Below, piece by piece: positions 11,895 to 25,793 of a DNA stretch of 64,000 nucleotides (within the stretch, counting starts at the first letter, position 1; each line of letters begins with the position of its first letter). Both the position numbers and the translations under genes were made by a program. This DNA is from Amphiscolops sp. MND2022. Taxonomy: Eukaryota. Under the pieces are notes generated by a model. That model was not told the origin of the DNA. It saw only the letters and a program-made list of their open reading frames with translations, and searched no databases. The stretch covers positions 17,980,001-18,044,000 of the forward strand of contig OZ076412.1 of assembly GCA_964187785.1 (NCBI GenBank). Direction: 5' to 3'.

Positions 11895-12820
11895 TATTTT
11901 CCGCCCCAAATCTCTTCGAAAAAGACTACTGGACAACAAATTTGTTCCTTGTTGACTCTTTCCAACATTCCAATCTACGAAGTCTGTCGAAAATTAGACA
12001 AAAATTGCATAAAAACTTTGAAATTTGGAAAATTTTGGGTTTTTTGTCATTTTCGGTTTGAATTTGATATATTTTTCATTTAGAAAACAGCCATTTTCTC
12101 TTCGGAAAAGCATACTGGACAACGAATTCCTGCCATTCCTGTCACGTTGAGCGTTTTCAACATTCTAATCCACGAAGTCTATCGAAAATTTGACAAAAAT
12201 TGCATAAAAACGTTTAAAATCGAAAAATTTTGGAATTTTTTTTATCATTTTTGGGGTAATTTTTTTTGAAAAAAAAACGCATTTATCTCCTTAAAGAATA
12301 CTATTGGACAACGAATTCGTGCCTTGTTGAACGTTTTCAACATTCTAATCCACGATGTTTATCGAAAAAATGACAAAAATTGCATTAAAACGTTAAAAGT
12401 CAAAAAAATTTGGAATTTTTGTCAATTTTTTGGTAATTTTTCTTTTAAAAAACCGCATGTATCTCTTCAGAATACTATTGGACAACAAATTCGTGCCTTG
12501 TTGAACGTTTTCAACATTCTAATCGACGATGTTTATTGAAAAAATGGCAAAAAATGCACGAAAACGGTGAAAATTGGGAAAGTTTTGAATTTTTGTCATT
12601 TTCGGGGTCATTTTTGGGTCATTATGGGGTCATTTCCGTCATTCCCAAAAAGTCCAAAAATCTTTACAAATACATATCGCATGGAACTAAATTGATGTCA
12701 GTTGAATTCTGTGAATGTACTTCTTCATATTACGTAAACTATATTTCTTGGCAAATTTTGTAAAAAAACCCGTTTGATTTAAAAATTTTCCTTTCCCATA
12801 TGAAATATGGGCGGAAAATA
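11895..12820. repeat. Four degenerate ~180-bp tandem units bounded by a 12-bp inverted repeat
   Basis: TGGACAAC anchors at 11930, 12116, 12305 and 12479; TATTTTCCGCCC (11895) / GGGCGGAAAATA (12809-12820). Confidence 0.75.
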
Positions 12821-13149
12821 ACAAGTCTGTGATACTTTCTGCATTTCAAGAAACACCAATCAGGAGTGTTCAAATGCGACGAATTTTGTTTACAACAAAG
12901 TTTCTTGCAAAAAGATGGGAAAATATCAAGATATAAAATCTAGTAAACTTTCAAAACTTTTTGAAGTCAATTTGTTGAATCAGATGCGTAATGTTGAATT
13001 ATTTAAAATAAATTTTGGTACAAATTGTCATATCGTCTTTTACAGGTGGAGCGATTAATTTCAGTTCACCAATTTTCTCTTTTCGTGATGTTTCAAGAGC
13101 ATCTACTAACACAAAATAATTGCAGATTCATGGTTAACTTGATGTTATC

Positions 13150-13290
13150 GCCCATGATCATCCATGGCGTCATGGCTTTTCATCCATGATAACCCATGGA
13201 TCGTGGATATTTTTCCATGATCATGGAATGACTCTCAGCTTGGCCAACCCATGAATCATGGATTGAAAACCATGACCTGTGAACCTAGGA
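13150..13290 (+). mobile_element. CATG-rich MITE copy (right end)
   Basis: Dense CATG/CCATGG motifs; ends CCATGACCTGTGAACCTAGG. Confidence 0.5.
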
Positions 13291-13342
13291 AGCAATGTTC
13301 CAATTATCAATATCATTCAAGGGACCATGTTTCTTATACCTT

Positions 13343-14210
13343 CTAGTAAATCTTGTCTCTCCCCAACACGAAACTAATTTTATGCACAAATTTTTTTTCT
13401 GTAATGAAAGTATTTTCTTTGTATATAAATGCCCACAGTATTATCTCTATAGAGTATAGCGAGTATAGAATATATAAAGCTGTATACAGCTGGTTGGACA
13501 CTTTCAGTACAAAAAGGCCACAATTTTTTTCATTCTTCCTCAAGATGGCAAAATTTCAAGCGTGGAAAAAGAAAGAAAATTTTAACTTTCAATCAACGTA
13601 AATGGAAGAACAGACGGTGATATGAAACATCTCAAAATAGGGGTTCCATTCATCTATCACATATTCCTATTTTGTTTTACATCAAACGCTTTTTGAATGA
13701 ATTCAAAGATGCGAAGAAAAGCTTAGTTTAACAAGAAAACAACAAGCAAAAGTGGAGCAAAAAATGGTAGACCAAAAAAAATATAATTTTGTTTCCTATA
13801 ACTAGTTCCGTTGGGTCTTGAGTTTTTGAGACACCGGCGTGAGGTTCGACCAACTTTTGATTATGGTAAAAATTGCGCAAACGATATGAATGGTTATCGT
13901 AGAGGAATTCAAAGATTATAAAATGGAATAACATGAATAAATCAATTTTTTCTTACCTCTGGTGTTTTTTAGCACGGTTCCAGTAAACGGCAATGACCAA
14001 CAGAGATCCCAATGCCCCGAGAATGTTCATGCAGAATTTCGCAATGAAGTAAGTGAGATAATTAGGCAGCTGTGTGAACAAAATAACACTTGCTACGAGC
14101 CGCTGGCACTTGACCGGTGGAACATGATAGCCGAACGTGTTTGACCCGGTCAAAAGGGTGTCATCGTAATCATTGGTGAAATTTGCTTCTATCATAGTCA
14201 AATTTTCCAT
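13343..14210 (-). pseudogene. Putative class A GPCR-like gene relic, or exon 1 (13957-14210) of a spliced gene
   Basis: MENLT..NFT gives two N-glycosylation sequons, followed by TM1-like MNILGALGSLLVIAVYWNRAKKHQR. The same frame continues past a TAA into hydrophobic blocks. A strong donor AG|GTAAGA coincides with that stop. Confidence 0.4.
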
Positions 14211-14855
14211 TGCCGGGTGGTTGGAAAAGCGACAATAAAACGAATCTGGTCTGAATTTTTTATGAAATGAAGCAGTAAATTCAAAATGACCAATGGAGCG
14301 TAATCAATATTTGCAAAAACTTTTTCATGGTGATAGAGATGAAAAACGCGGCAAATGCTTGATTTTTGAAATTCGTGTTCAATTGAAACAAACTGAAAAC
14401 AGTTTTTATTGTTTTTTGACAGCTTCGAGTCGTCAATAAATAAAGCAGTCATGCCCTTTAATCAACCAATCATATCACCGATTTAGTAACGATTTCGAAC
14501 AAGACGTTCTTTTTTCATTATCCATTTTCATTTGAGCCCAACGATTGGTTGAAAATGTTGTTCGCAAATAAAAAGGAAAAGTCGTGCGATCAGAGGGATT
14601 TTTGAAAAAAAAGGAAACGTCCTCACACTTTTAATACTGCATTCGTAAATGAAATTTAATTGGCTGTTAAAATCATCACAGGGCTTAATCATAATTGTTC
14701 AATAAAAGATATCGATCGCACTGCGATATAACAAGAAATTATCAACATGCTTTTTGGATTCGAAAGTAGATTATTGCAATATTCCTTGAATGAAAAAGCT
14801 GCTATATTCTAGAAATTTTTATCTAGTTTCACAAAAGTTATCAAATTTTTGCATA

Positions 14856-15010
14856 CCCGTACTGAGACTCCATGGCATTCCATCCATGGCCATGGATGGT
14901 CCAGGCCTGGCCACCAATGGATCCAATTTGTAGGTGGTCATTGCAAATTCCATCGATGGCCATGGATGGTACATGGATGGTCCACCACTGGCCATCGATG
15001 GAGTTTCGAA
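14856..15010. mobile_element. Second MITE with the CCCGTACTGAGA terminus; interior mostly CCATGG
   Basis: TA|CCCGTACTGAGACTCCAT matches the ends of 4818-5023; the right TIR is degenerate (ATGGAGTTTCG). Confidence 0.65.
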
Positions 15011-16664
15011 AAATTTTTCGAACAAAAATTCGTTCGAAGTGCGAAAGTTCGAAATGTACGTTAGTAAATGCAAAGTTTGAGTTGGCTAGTCACTGTGTCA
15101 TAGAGAATTAGCCACGAATGGTCTAAAAAGGTCAGAAATGGGCGATTTTTCCATTTTTCTAAGATTTATCGAGAAATGTGCTTTTAGCTTTTTAAAACCT
15201 TTCTAGCTTCTCCAGTGTCGACAGTGTACTTTTTACCGGGCGTTTTTGAGAAAAATACCTTTTTCAAATTTCTGATTTTAGTTTTGAATTTAGTCTTGAT
15301 ACATGTCATGGTTTTTTTTGCTTCTCCAATTATACCCATGTCTAGGGATGTTCCGGAATTCCGGTCCGGCCGGATTTCAAAAAAGTTCCGGTTCCGGCCG
15401 GAATCATCATTGGTGGTTAGAACAAATTCTAAAACATGTTCACTGGAGGAACTACATTTATATTTATATTTATTAGATATTTCTACTTGTTGAAATTAAC
15501 GACCGCGATTTGATTTTCAGTTTGCAAAATTTTCAAAAAAGGACCATGTTTCTTATTTCCCCCAAGCAACGGGGGGGGGGTGATAAGAGGCAAGGTTCGA
15601 ATATCATTATGAAAGTTTTTTTTTTGTTTTGAGCAGCGGGGCAAGGGGGGTGGGGTTGGGTTAGTAATGAAGTCTTCCTTGAAGAGGCCGAGAGAGAACA
15701 TAAAAAACATAAATCTCGTCTTTCTTATTTTCTTTTCTTCGAATCTCCGATGGTTCTGAAATACTCTTTCAGAGCTGATTGGTCGTTTTTGTCGTTTTTC
15801 AGATTTTTGATTCCATGCATGACTCATGATGAGAAAGTCGCGCCTTTTGTGAACCCATTGTAGCTTTCATGATTACCCGTGTTAAAATCTTCCCCGGGTG
15901 GAAAGTGTTTGTTCCAACGAACCAGTTCCATGATGTACACTTCGGAAACGCAGATTTCTCGCTTTTGACGACGTTACCTTGAATGTTAGTTTAGCATTTC
16001 CATTACTTTGCCGTGATCATTTGAAACATCAAAGTCAATCCTTTTTTTTCCGAAGCGGCACGTAGATGGGAGGGATTTCGCAACGCCAGAGGATATTCAA
16101 CTGCTGCAATGCTGACTACTGCTGTATATTACAAAATTACACTGAGAAGCCCTGCTATTGAGAGTTGTTCAAGACGAACAATTGTTTTAGTGTTCATCCA
16201 TCATATACTCTACCGAGCTCCAACTCTAAACAGTCCCTGCTTACTGTAGATAAACATTAAACTCAGATACAGATATTGTAGATAAATCTATTTAATATTC
16301 ATGTTGTATTTTGCCGAGTTTTAGTACCATTTCAGCAGGATTTATTTTTAGTAGCTTTTTAACCTTAGCTTTAGAAAAAAACATGGCGCAGTCAGTCACT
16401 TTAATAAACTAGACTAAAAAATTCCACCGAGAAACAAGCAAAGACAACAATCAACAATGGCCCAAAAAGATAACAGTACCTAACTTAGAAGTAGTATTAA
16501 CACAGAGACAGTAGTTAGAAAGATTCCGGCAACTTACAAAACCGAAACACAAAATAGACATAGAACCACTATTGAAAGGATGAAACATAACAGAAAACGG
16601 GTGGTTCGGAAAATAAACATGAAATAAAGAAACAAAAAATTAAATACAAAACGATTTCATCTAA

Positions 16665-16676
16665 GGAGTCGAACCC
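16665..16676 (-). promoter_or_regulatory. Pol III B-box (GGGTTCGACTCC) inside a repeat
   Basis: Consensus match on the minus strand only. Confidence 0.4.
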
Positions 16677-18239
16677 GAAGCACTCTACCAAATAACGAGG
16701 GCGGAGTGTAAAACAGAACCGGACAACATTAGAATTTGGGACTCAATTTGTGTCACAGCTGCTTTATCTCTATACAGGGCGATTCAAGCTTGTGCCTTTC
16801 CTTGGTCCTATCTGCTCCGCTCTAATGAAACAGAAAACATAATAATATGGCACGGATATTTTTTCACGAGATGCAAGTCAATATGTTTCAAAATGAGAAT
16901 TCGTCAATTTTGAATTTCTTCTTCGAACAAGCAAAAATGCGCTTATAGTCCTAACTCGACTAGAGTCTTTTTTTTCCCTATTCGACTCTGAAGAAAAGAA
17001 CATGAGAATCTCCAAATACTAACAATCTATAATCTAGCGTCTATCCGAATCCAGCTAGATAGCTATTCAAAATACATTGCTTACAAAACAAACAACAACA
17101 TCGTTTGAATTCCAACATCATGAAGTATGGACCAATGATGAAATTGGTGCGTTACAGTCGCCTGTCACACGAATATAGTTTTTTTAGGGCACGTGGGGTT
17201 GATGGTATGGTCACAACACGTTTGGTTTCAAAAATACGAAAAGTGAGCAAATTTAGACCCAATTTTAAAATATTAAACGTAAAACAATCAATCAAAGAAT
17301 CCTTCGAAATTATTGGGAGTGGCGTGTAGCAGCAACAACATAATAAATGAACAAGATGCACACGAGGGGTTAAAACATGACATGTTTGCCATTTGGGTTA
17401 GTCGTCCACAGAAAATGTAAAATCACGCCAGGAAACTGTCAGTAATAACTTCAAAACCATGTCAAATCTGTACAATTTTCACATATTAGACTATAAACTA
17501 ACAACATCGATTAAAAGTATAAGCAAGGTAGAAGAGCAACATATTTCACTTTAAACGAAATAATAAAAAGCTAAAAAAGATGAACCCGACAAACAAATAG
17601 AAAAGAGAATCTGATTTATCTCCATTTACTGTGGAAACACTCAGTGTTTTGCAAAGCAAACTCAAATTTGCTTCTCAATTTTTGCCGAGCACTTTGATTA
17701 CTATAGGTATACTTAATATTTGTGAGCACCTTTGAAATTACATCTAATAACAAGACTTCAAAGTTTGGACCACTCCTTATGTTGAATCATGGAGTAATGT
17801 GAAATACCACATTCAAAGAGTGTGAGCTTTAACTTTTAATTGTCGGAGGGTTCTGGATTTTGGCTACGTAGCTTGTGGTGAGCATATGCCGTCACAAGCA
17901 AAAATTTATGGTTCAAGGTAATCCAGATTGTGAAATACAGCATCGCGCTGTCTACAGTTTGTTGCGAATTTTTAAACTCAGACTTCAAAACAATCATCAT
18001 TATCAGCTGGAAAGCTAAACTTAGGCCCTGACCCCTCTTTTGGGATTCCAGGGTCAGCGCTATATGTTTGAAAAGAGTAGAAATTTTTAGTAGTTTCAGC
18101 TTTTACAGGTCATGACTTTAAAATTTTAAGGTCATGCGTAGGTTATGATTTCATTTCTGTGCAGCATTCATAAAGCCTTATCCTCACATACAGTATATAG
18201 ATTTCAGTTGTGGGTTTGGATGATTTACACAGTAACTTT

Positions 18240-20830
18240 TCAAGGGTTATCAAACTCCTTGGCGCCAACATCCCCAGCACTGTTTTCCGATGAAAAACTC
18301 TCATTGAAGACTGGCGCTATCTTTACTGCTGGTGGTTTGACGACTACATCTGATGTCTTGACCGTTGCAGCTCGATGGATGACATCATGACCAGGAAACA
18401 CTTCCTCGACTCTTGCTTTTTGCACTCTGATCGACTCACTGAGCCATCTTCCAAAGCACGCTCGTCGTCGCTGGCCCATTCCGTCGGGGGGAAATACTCG
18501 TTAGACCATCGTTGTCAAATCATAGCAATGTAGGTTTGAGCCAATTTGTATAATCGTCGACATTCGACATACTGTGAGGCATCATGCTTCACCGGTTCTG
18601 GTACCACAGCTCATCGCAGTAAGAAGTAATTCGGCGTCACACCTCTAGGATAATCACCAAAGGCTGCGATTGGACGCTGTTTAAAGCGTTATTTACTAAA
18701 CACATGGTTGTGGTAAGCAATGACATTGTCAAGCGTCTTCTTCGAAGGATCGCGTTTATCGATTTCTTATAGCTACGCACAATTCGCTCCCAGATTCCTG
18801 CAAAATGTGGTGCTTCAGGCGGGTTGAATATCCATACATTTCTGTGCTGCGCAAGCTGCTTCCAAGTTTGTGCTTGATTGAACACATTTTTTAAAATCAC
18901 AAGCCGCCCCTACGGAGTTTGCCCTGTCGTCACTTATAATGGTCCGTTGTTTGCTGCGTCTTGCAAACATTCTCGTCATTGGCATCATGCAGGCATCTGT
19001 GTTCAAACCGTCCACCACCTCAATATGCACAGCTCCTTTCACTAAACAGAAGAAGAGGCAGCACCAGTATTTAAATGTTTTAAGGAACATGGAGATTTCA
19101 AAGGGACCAAACTATTCAAGTACAGTATTCCGGAACAGCGATACATGATCTTCTAGACCTTTTTGTCAAGTCAGCCACATGCGATGCATTTGTTGGACCG
19201 TCAGTTTTTGACACTGGACACACCTAGCTTTTATGCTCCTCAAAGCCATCCAAGAACCCTATATTTGTGCTGAATAATACTTCTAACAAACTTGTTCCGC
19301 TTTTGTGCTAGTCAATTTTAGCTTGTCGCAGCATCAACATCACGACTTCGTGTTTCGACGAAAGGAGGATGGGATTCTTCGTTTCAACACTGAAAGTTGA
19401 TTTGTTCAGTCGTCCCATCAACCGAATCGTGCCTTTTTCGTCAACCAATGGACACAGTCTAGCCTATTCGTGCTTCTTTTTTCTCTCAGTGTTCTGGCCA
19501 TCTTTGTGGATTGCCTCTCAGCCATGCTGGCCTGATTGGCCACTCGCTTCGTTTGGCCACGTGCAGTCGTTTGTGAGCACAGTGGAGCCATTGGAGAGCA
19601 GTCATCGAATCTGTCCAAGGCGTCTTCAACAATCCACTATCAACTGACGCAGTCGCGCACACTACAAAGCTGCTTGCAGTTCGAGCTTAGGAAGTGTTTG
19701 GTGTTTCATTGATGCAATACGACACTTGCCAATGACAAACGATACTCTGACTCCATTTTGAGTTTCAGCTTTGAAGTAATCGTCAATACACATAGATTCC
19801 AATGCAGCATCACAAAATATATGCAAGTCCATTTTCTCAAAGCTCCCATGGAATTGTTTGCATCTCAGTGGCATGCTTCGCTGTTCCACTAGCTGTTGCA
19901 CCCATTTGAGGAACAATTCTTCCTAATCTGAATAACTTTCTTAATGCCAGTTCTGGACACTTTTTTGCCCAAATCCTGCAACAGTATCCTCTTTCCCATA
20001 GTAAAGACCGCAAAAAGTCCAAGACTGTCTGAACTGTATGCCACAACCGACAAGACGGCTCAATGGGAAATTTTCGTTTGAAGTTTTGTGTCTGTGCCAC
20101 AAGAAACCTCTAAAAATCACTAACCACGTCCCAATTCATTCCGAGAAGCGATGATGTAAGAGGTTCATAGTCGAAAAGTTTGTTCTTTTCCTCAGTTCGG
20201 TCCATTTCGGGTATTGCTCAGGTCACAGCCTCATTGCTGCAAATATTTTCAGTCAACTGAAGCGACCCAGTGTCAATGCTTCTCGGAATTCTTTATAAAC
20301 AAGGATTGCCTCTTGGTCAGTTCCAACAGATTTGTGAAAGTCATTCATGTAGATTTTTCTCGCAATTGCCTTGGCTGCTACTGGATGAGCATATTGATTG
20401 TCAACAACGAATAAGTTGCTTCTTTGGAATTGCGTTCAGCTCCAAACACATGCCTGGAAAATTCATAGACTCCTATTTCGGCGTCTTTGTTATCGCGCCA
20501 TAGAAACCTGAGCACATCGCACTCTGCAGGGGTACGTTTACATGGAGAAACATGGCTTCAATGTCCGTTGTTAACGCAACAAAGTGCTCACAGTAGCGAA
20601 ACAGTATTCCCATGAGGTTTTGCAGAAGATCTGGCACAGTAAGCTAATTGTTGTTCAATTACTCTCCTTGTACCTGGCTGCGGCGTTACAGACTCTTCTA
20701 ACTTTTTAAATTTCCACCTCGGGTAATGAGTGTGACCTCTGGACACCAAATTTCTACCCAAATAACGTCTACTTTACACCTGTCGTCCCGTTTCTGAGAG
20801 TCCTTCTCAATAACCTTGGTTAATTTTGGG
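18240..20830 (-). mobile_element. Decayed BEL/Pao LTR retrotransposon pol (RT-RNase H-integrase)
   Basis: RT: DIEAMFLHV, AKAIARKIYMNDF. RNase H: LHIFCDAA, TLPKLELQAAL. Integrase: HIEVVDGLNTD, WIFNPPEAPHFAGIWERIVRS. C-terminus: ARVEEVFPGHD...VKIAPV. Many stops and frameshifts. Confidence 0.92.
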
Positions 20831-21361
20831 TTTTTGTGGCAATTTCAGGACACAAAAAATATTTGTGCTGAACGAAAAAATTGCAAATGTCACGTCTCAG
20901 AAACATCGCGTTGGTTGCCTTAGGAAAGTATCCGGAGGTTGTCCGCGAGAACGCTAAAGCGTCAGAGTTCAAAAAGTATGCTGTTGTATGCTCGCAGCGA
21001 ACAACTCTTCAGAAGTTTAAGTGCGGACACAGTGCGATTCACAAAAAAGACTACAGAGAATTCGCAGAAACACTCATGCAATAGCCGGATACGTCAAATG
21101 AAATCAACCGTCGCACATTCGTCTCATAAGTTGTTGAAATATCAAGCTGCTTCTCATTTCAAAAATTGCTGTTTTGATATTGTCCCCCGATGATTCCTCG
21201 ATAGAAGCGAGTTGCAAATTGTTGCATACCAAAAAAGCTGGTAGCCAGAATAATAATTTGATGCGATATTCTCGTTAATTATATGTAGCCAAAAAACGCG
21301 AAAGCGTTCCGAGTACATTCGAAAACTGCAATTCATTAGGTAATTTCTAAAAATCCTGAAG

Positions 21362-21379
21362 TGGTCCCCCCGACGTGAT
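21362..21379 (+). promoter_or_regulatory. Primer binding site, tRNA-Trp type
   Basis: TGGTCCCCCCGACGTGAT versus canonical Trp PBS TGGTGACCCCGACGTGAT (16/18). Confidence 0.75.
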
Positions 21380-24300
21380 TAAACAAATCCACCTGAACAA
21401 AAAGTTTCTCCAAATTTTGAAACATCGTTTCGTAAACCTCTTTCGTTTTTCCTTTCCGGTAAAATAAAAAAAGAACAAATAAAAACGTTTCCGAAAAAGA
21501 ACGAAAAAGAAGGAGCAAAAAGAGAAAATACAAAAACGCAATAAGTCGGAAACGAGACAGTAACGAAACCTAAATGTCGGTAGCAGATAATCGCATAAAT
21601 AAATCGGAACATTCGTCAGAAATATAATCTATACTGAAATATCCACACCACCAAAACGCAGAACACCATCGAATTTGGATCCAGAGACAACACAACAACT
21701 TCAACGTCATCTCGCCCAGAAATACAACACGACCCTGTCAACAAAGTCACCATAAAGCCACCTCCCTAGTCTACAGTAAAAACCCAACTGTTTGGTTTCG
21801 ACAATTGGGATCCCAGTTTGCTCTACCAACGACACCACAAAATATCACCACATCCTCGCAGCAATTCCAGAGGACGTCGCAATCTACCTGTCAATGGAAA
21901 TCGAAGATTACAGCAGCCTCCAGAATACCATCACTCAAGTCTTCCGAAAGTCAAAAAAAGAACTCATTGAAGAAGTATTAGGATTTCACTGGATGAATAA
22001 ATGCCCTCAGTTTGCCTCTTGCGCATCCAGGGAAAACTTTCTGAAAGTCATCTGACAATGGACAACGAAGTAATCAAACACCGATTTATGCAAGCCATGC
22101 CAATCACAACGCGTTTCCACTTTCCGCAAATTTGGACCTGTCACCCGACAAATTCGACAAACTAGCTGACACCATATACAACTACTTACACTTTTCAAGA
22201 AAACACCCACGTTTCACGTTTCTGCCGCACACCACTCATCGTCATCGTCCTATGCACGCCAGTTGCAACCAACGCGGTGAAGCAGCACAGACGACAACAG
22301 TATCCAGCAATAATCACCCGGACAATGACGAAATGTTTGCCGCTTTCACTTGTTTTTCGCTAACTCCGCCAAACATTGTAAGCCCTTGTGTAAAAGGCCT
22401 GGACCAAAGCCTACACACATCGACCTGTCATCTCGTGCACAGTCACCCGCCGTACAGGGAAACGAATAACCCCACTCGTGTGCAACGATTGGGGATCCCA
22501 TATGCGCCCAGAAAACTAGTTTCAATGTTGACACTGGATCTATGGTATCACTCATCAAATCAATGCTCGAAAACAACGAACCTCAAACAAAGAACAGAGA
22601 CCGTATCGAAGTTCACGGAAAAATGACGCTCACCATCGTCACACCTTGCCATCGATGCATTTACAATTTTCCCTTCCTCATTTCCGACGTCAACGACAAC
22701 TTTCTAGGACTAGCAGTTTTGAAAGACGAAGGCATAAACATCAACTGCAGCAATTCAAGAGAAAACGACAACGTCACCAAATTGACTTCAACACGAAACA
22801 ATTCACGCGCACCGACAAGTCACAGTTTTGTTCTAGTTGTTTCTCTGGACATGTGTCACATAACCGACCCAGAAAGATGATGGAACAGCATTCAAAAATA
22901 TTTGGAGACGTCGAATTCCACACGCCATGTACTCACAAAACTATGCGTGGCATCACCGTTCCGAGTCAACCTAACTTCTGTACGCCTAGGAAGCTTTGAC
23001 CTGAAAAACTTATTATCGCCAAATTATCTTTCGACAAAATGCAACGCTTATGAATCATCCGACCATCGAAACGCCCATACGCATCGCCTCTACATGTGGT
23101 ACCTAGAGACCTTGTGGAGACTACCGCGCCCTAACAAAATGTCGGTTCGCGATTCCTACCGTTGCCACAGCTTTCATCGTTCGCAATCCACGACAAACAT
23201 TTCTTCAGCAAACTCGACATAGATACCAAAATGGCATGCATCCCGACGACATTGAGAAGACAGCCATTACGACTCTTTTAGGACTCTTTGAGTTTCTTCG
23301 CGTGCATATCAGACTCAAGAACGCCTGGTAAAACTTTCCAACGCTTCAGCAACGAAGTCGCCAACGGATTGCCAGATGTGTTCACCTACGCCAACTCGTC
23401 GCCGGCAGCAATTCGGTTGATCACGTCAACGCACTCTTAGAACTCTTCACCCGCCTCTAGAAGTTCGGACTATGCATTAATTTCAAAAATGTCAATGGAT
23501 ACAGCACGAAATCAAATTTTAGGATACACCATCACATCGGAAGAAATCAAAGCACAGCTGGCAACTACCAAGTTGCTCTCAAAACTACCAAAACAAACAG
23601 GTTACAAAGAACTTCGACGTTATATGGGAGTGTTCTCACTTTATCAACAACACAACCAACACTACGAACAAATAGTTGAACCACTACAACACTTTCGGAA
23701 CGAAGCCCAGCCGAAAGAACCCTGTCGCCGAAAGAAGAATAGCCACAACAACCAGCACCATCACCTTTCATCATGTTAGAAGATAACCTCAAAGACTTCG
23801 TCACTTTAAGACCGCATTCGCTAACGCAACACTTTTTCATCACCTCTCAGGAAACTCAACACTCTCCCTCACTAGAGATGCCTCTGACACATCCATGGGG
23901 GCTTTACACGAGGTAACAGACAACAGCAACTGTCCCATTGCATTTTTTTCTCACCGAACCACAGCCGCCGATAAAAATTACAGCACATTTGATAGGGAAC
24001 TCCTCGCTATCTTCTCAGCAGCACTAAAGTTCAAACATCTGATCGAAGGACGCCATACCGTAGTTTTCACGGAACGCAGACCCATCACATGTTCTTTGCA
24101 AGGAAGCCAGAACAACACCAACGACCCTCGACGGTCTCGAGAATTTTCTTTACTAGCAGAATACCTTGATGAAACTCAACATATCTCAGGATCAACAAAT
24201 ATTGTAGCCGACTGCCTTTCTCGGCCACCAACCCACGACACATTAACTGTAGCATCATCATCAACAGTTTTCATCGACACCTATGATCTACCCAGATTTG

Positions 24301-25250
24301 CCAGCCTTCAAGACACTTCATTTCAACACCAAATATCAGAACAAAACCAACATGCTTGTGATAAAAGCATTCCTCCGCGCCCTATTCTGCACGAACAATG
24401 CCCTTATCCAATCTTCACCCAATTTCACAACCTTTGCCACAGCAACTGGAAATCAACAACACTTATGATCATCGCCCGCTTCACGTGGTCCAATGCACAA
24501 CGCACTATCAAAAAATGGTGCCACATTTGCCTCACTTGCCAACTGATGAAAATCATTCGCTTGTACAACTTCCAACACACAAAAGCAATGAAGCTGTCGC
24601 CCATTTTAACCACCTTCACATGGAAATTGTTGGAAAACTACCTGCCATCAACAATTCGCCACTCCGATACCTCGTTACCTTCATCGACCACAGCACAAAT
24701 TGGTCTGAAACCCAGCCAGTACCTTTCATCACTGCCGAAGAAGTTCGCCACGCTTTTCGAACGTGCTCGTTTTCTTGCTTGGGAGTACCATTTGACATCA
24801 CGACTGACCGTGGAATCAAAATTTAAAGTCAAATATTCGCTAAACTCTCTCAAACTTTAGGATTTTGCAAAATCCGTACAACTTCATATCACCCACAGAG
24901 CAATAGGAAAGTAGAACGTTTTCATCGAACCCTTAAAGCAGCGTTATTGTTATCAAAAACTGACGTGATAGCAGCACTACCCGTTGCTCTAATTGGATTG
25001 AGGTCAAAACCATCGTGCAATCTCATTTCACCACTAACAGTCACCACAGGATTAGATGTACTTTACCCGACAACAGTTGCAGAAAATACAGCACCCTTCA
25101 CTCTGGCCTTCATCAAAAAACTTCAGGACAATCTCGAACAGCTATCTTTCATAAAAGATATCCGAATACATTCAACAGGAAAGGCCTTCATCCCGTGCTC
25201 TCAAAATCATCATCAGCATTCAACGCCTCATACCATGCACAATATCATTT
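21362..25250 (+). mobile_element. Decayed Ty3/Gypsy internal region (gag-PR-RT-RH-IN); LTRs not recognised
   Basis: Gag: NPTVWFRQLGSQF..TKYHHILAAIPEDV. PR: DTGSMVSLI. RT: DIEKTAITTLLGLFEF. RH: IAFFSH..NYSTFDRELLAI, NIVADCLSRP. IN: HHCC motif, DITTDRG, YHPQSNRKVERFHRTLK. Confidence 0.92.
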
Positions 25251-25793
25251 GATCGAGGAAAGAACAAGCACCATCACCTTGATTGCAAGATTGCAATGGT
25301 TAGATAGATAGATATATAGAGAGATACTACATTCGGGTGTTGACTGTTTACCGTTTTGGTCGAAACTGTCAGTAAAGGAATGAGGTTAAAATGTTCAGCA
25401 ATCAAACCACAACAGGTTTTGGAGCTAGGAACAAAATTGCTCAAATGCTTCAGCAACTAAGGTATTTTTAAGATATCATGCGGTAAAATGTTTGTCCTCC
25501 AGCGGGAAAGTGTTATCATTTTCCTTGTTTTGTAACAACTTCCTTGTCCACTTATTTGGAACATTAAATCGGTGTATAGAGGTTGTAAAACGGTTCAATA
25601 TAGAGCTCAAATTATTAGCTACATTACTTATCAAGCAAAACGGTCTCAAAATGAACAATACTGATTTCACTTTGTGACGATACATGTATACATGTTTGTG
25701 TGCAAAATATGTGTTAGATTAGATTTTTGTAGAGAATCACTGACCTTAGTTAGGATATAGGGATCAGTTGGTAAATTGAAGATCTTAGAATTA

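Noticed and set aside
1421-14210. Stop-codon reassignment explaining the interrupted ORFs
   Set aside because: All three stop types occur, and transposon ORFs in the window end at standard stops; decay is the simpler explanation.
20881-21330. Possible DNA-transposase fragment (HKKDYREFAETL)
   Set aside because: A single short motif with no TIRs; too weak to call.
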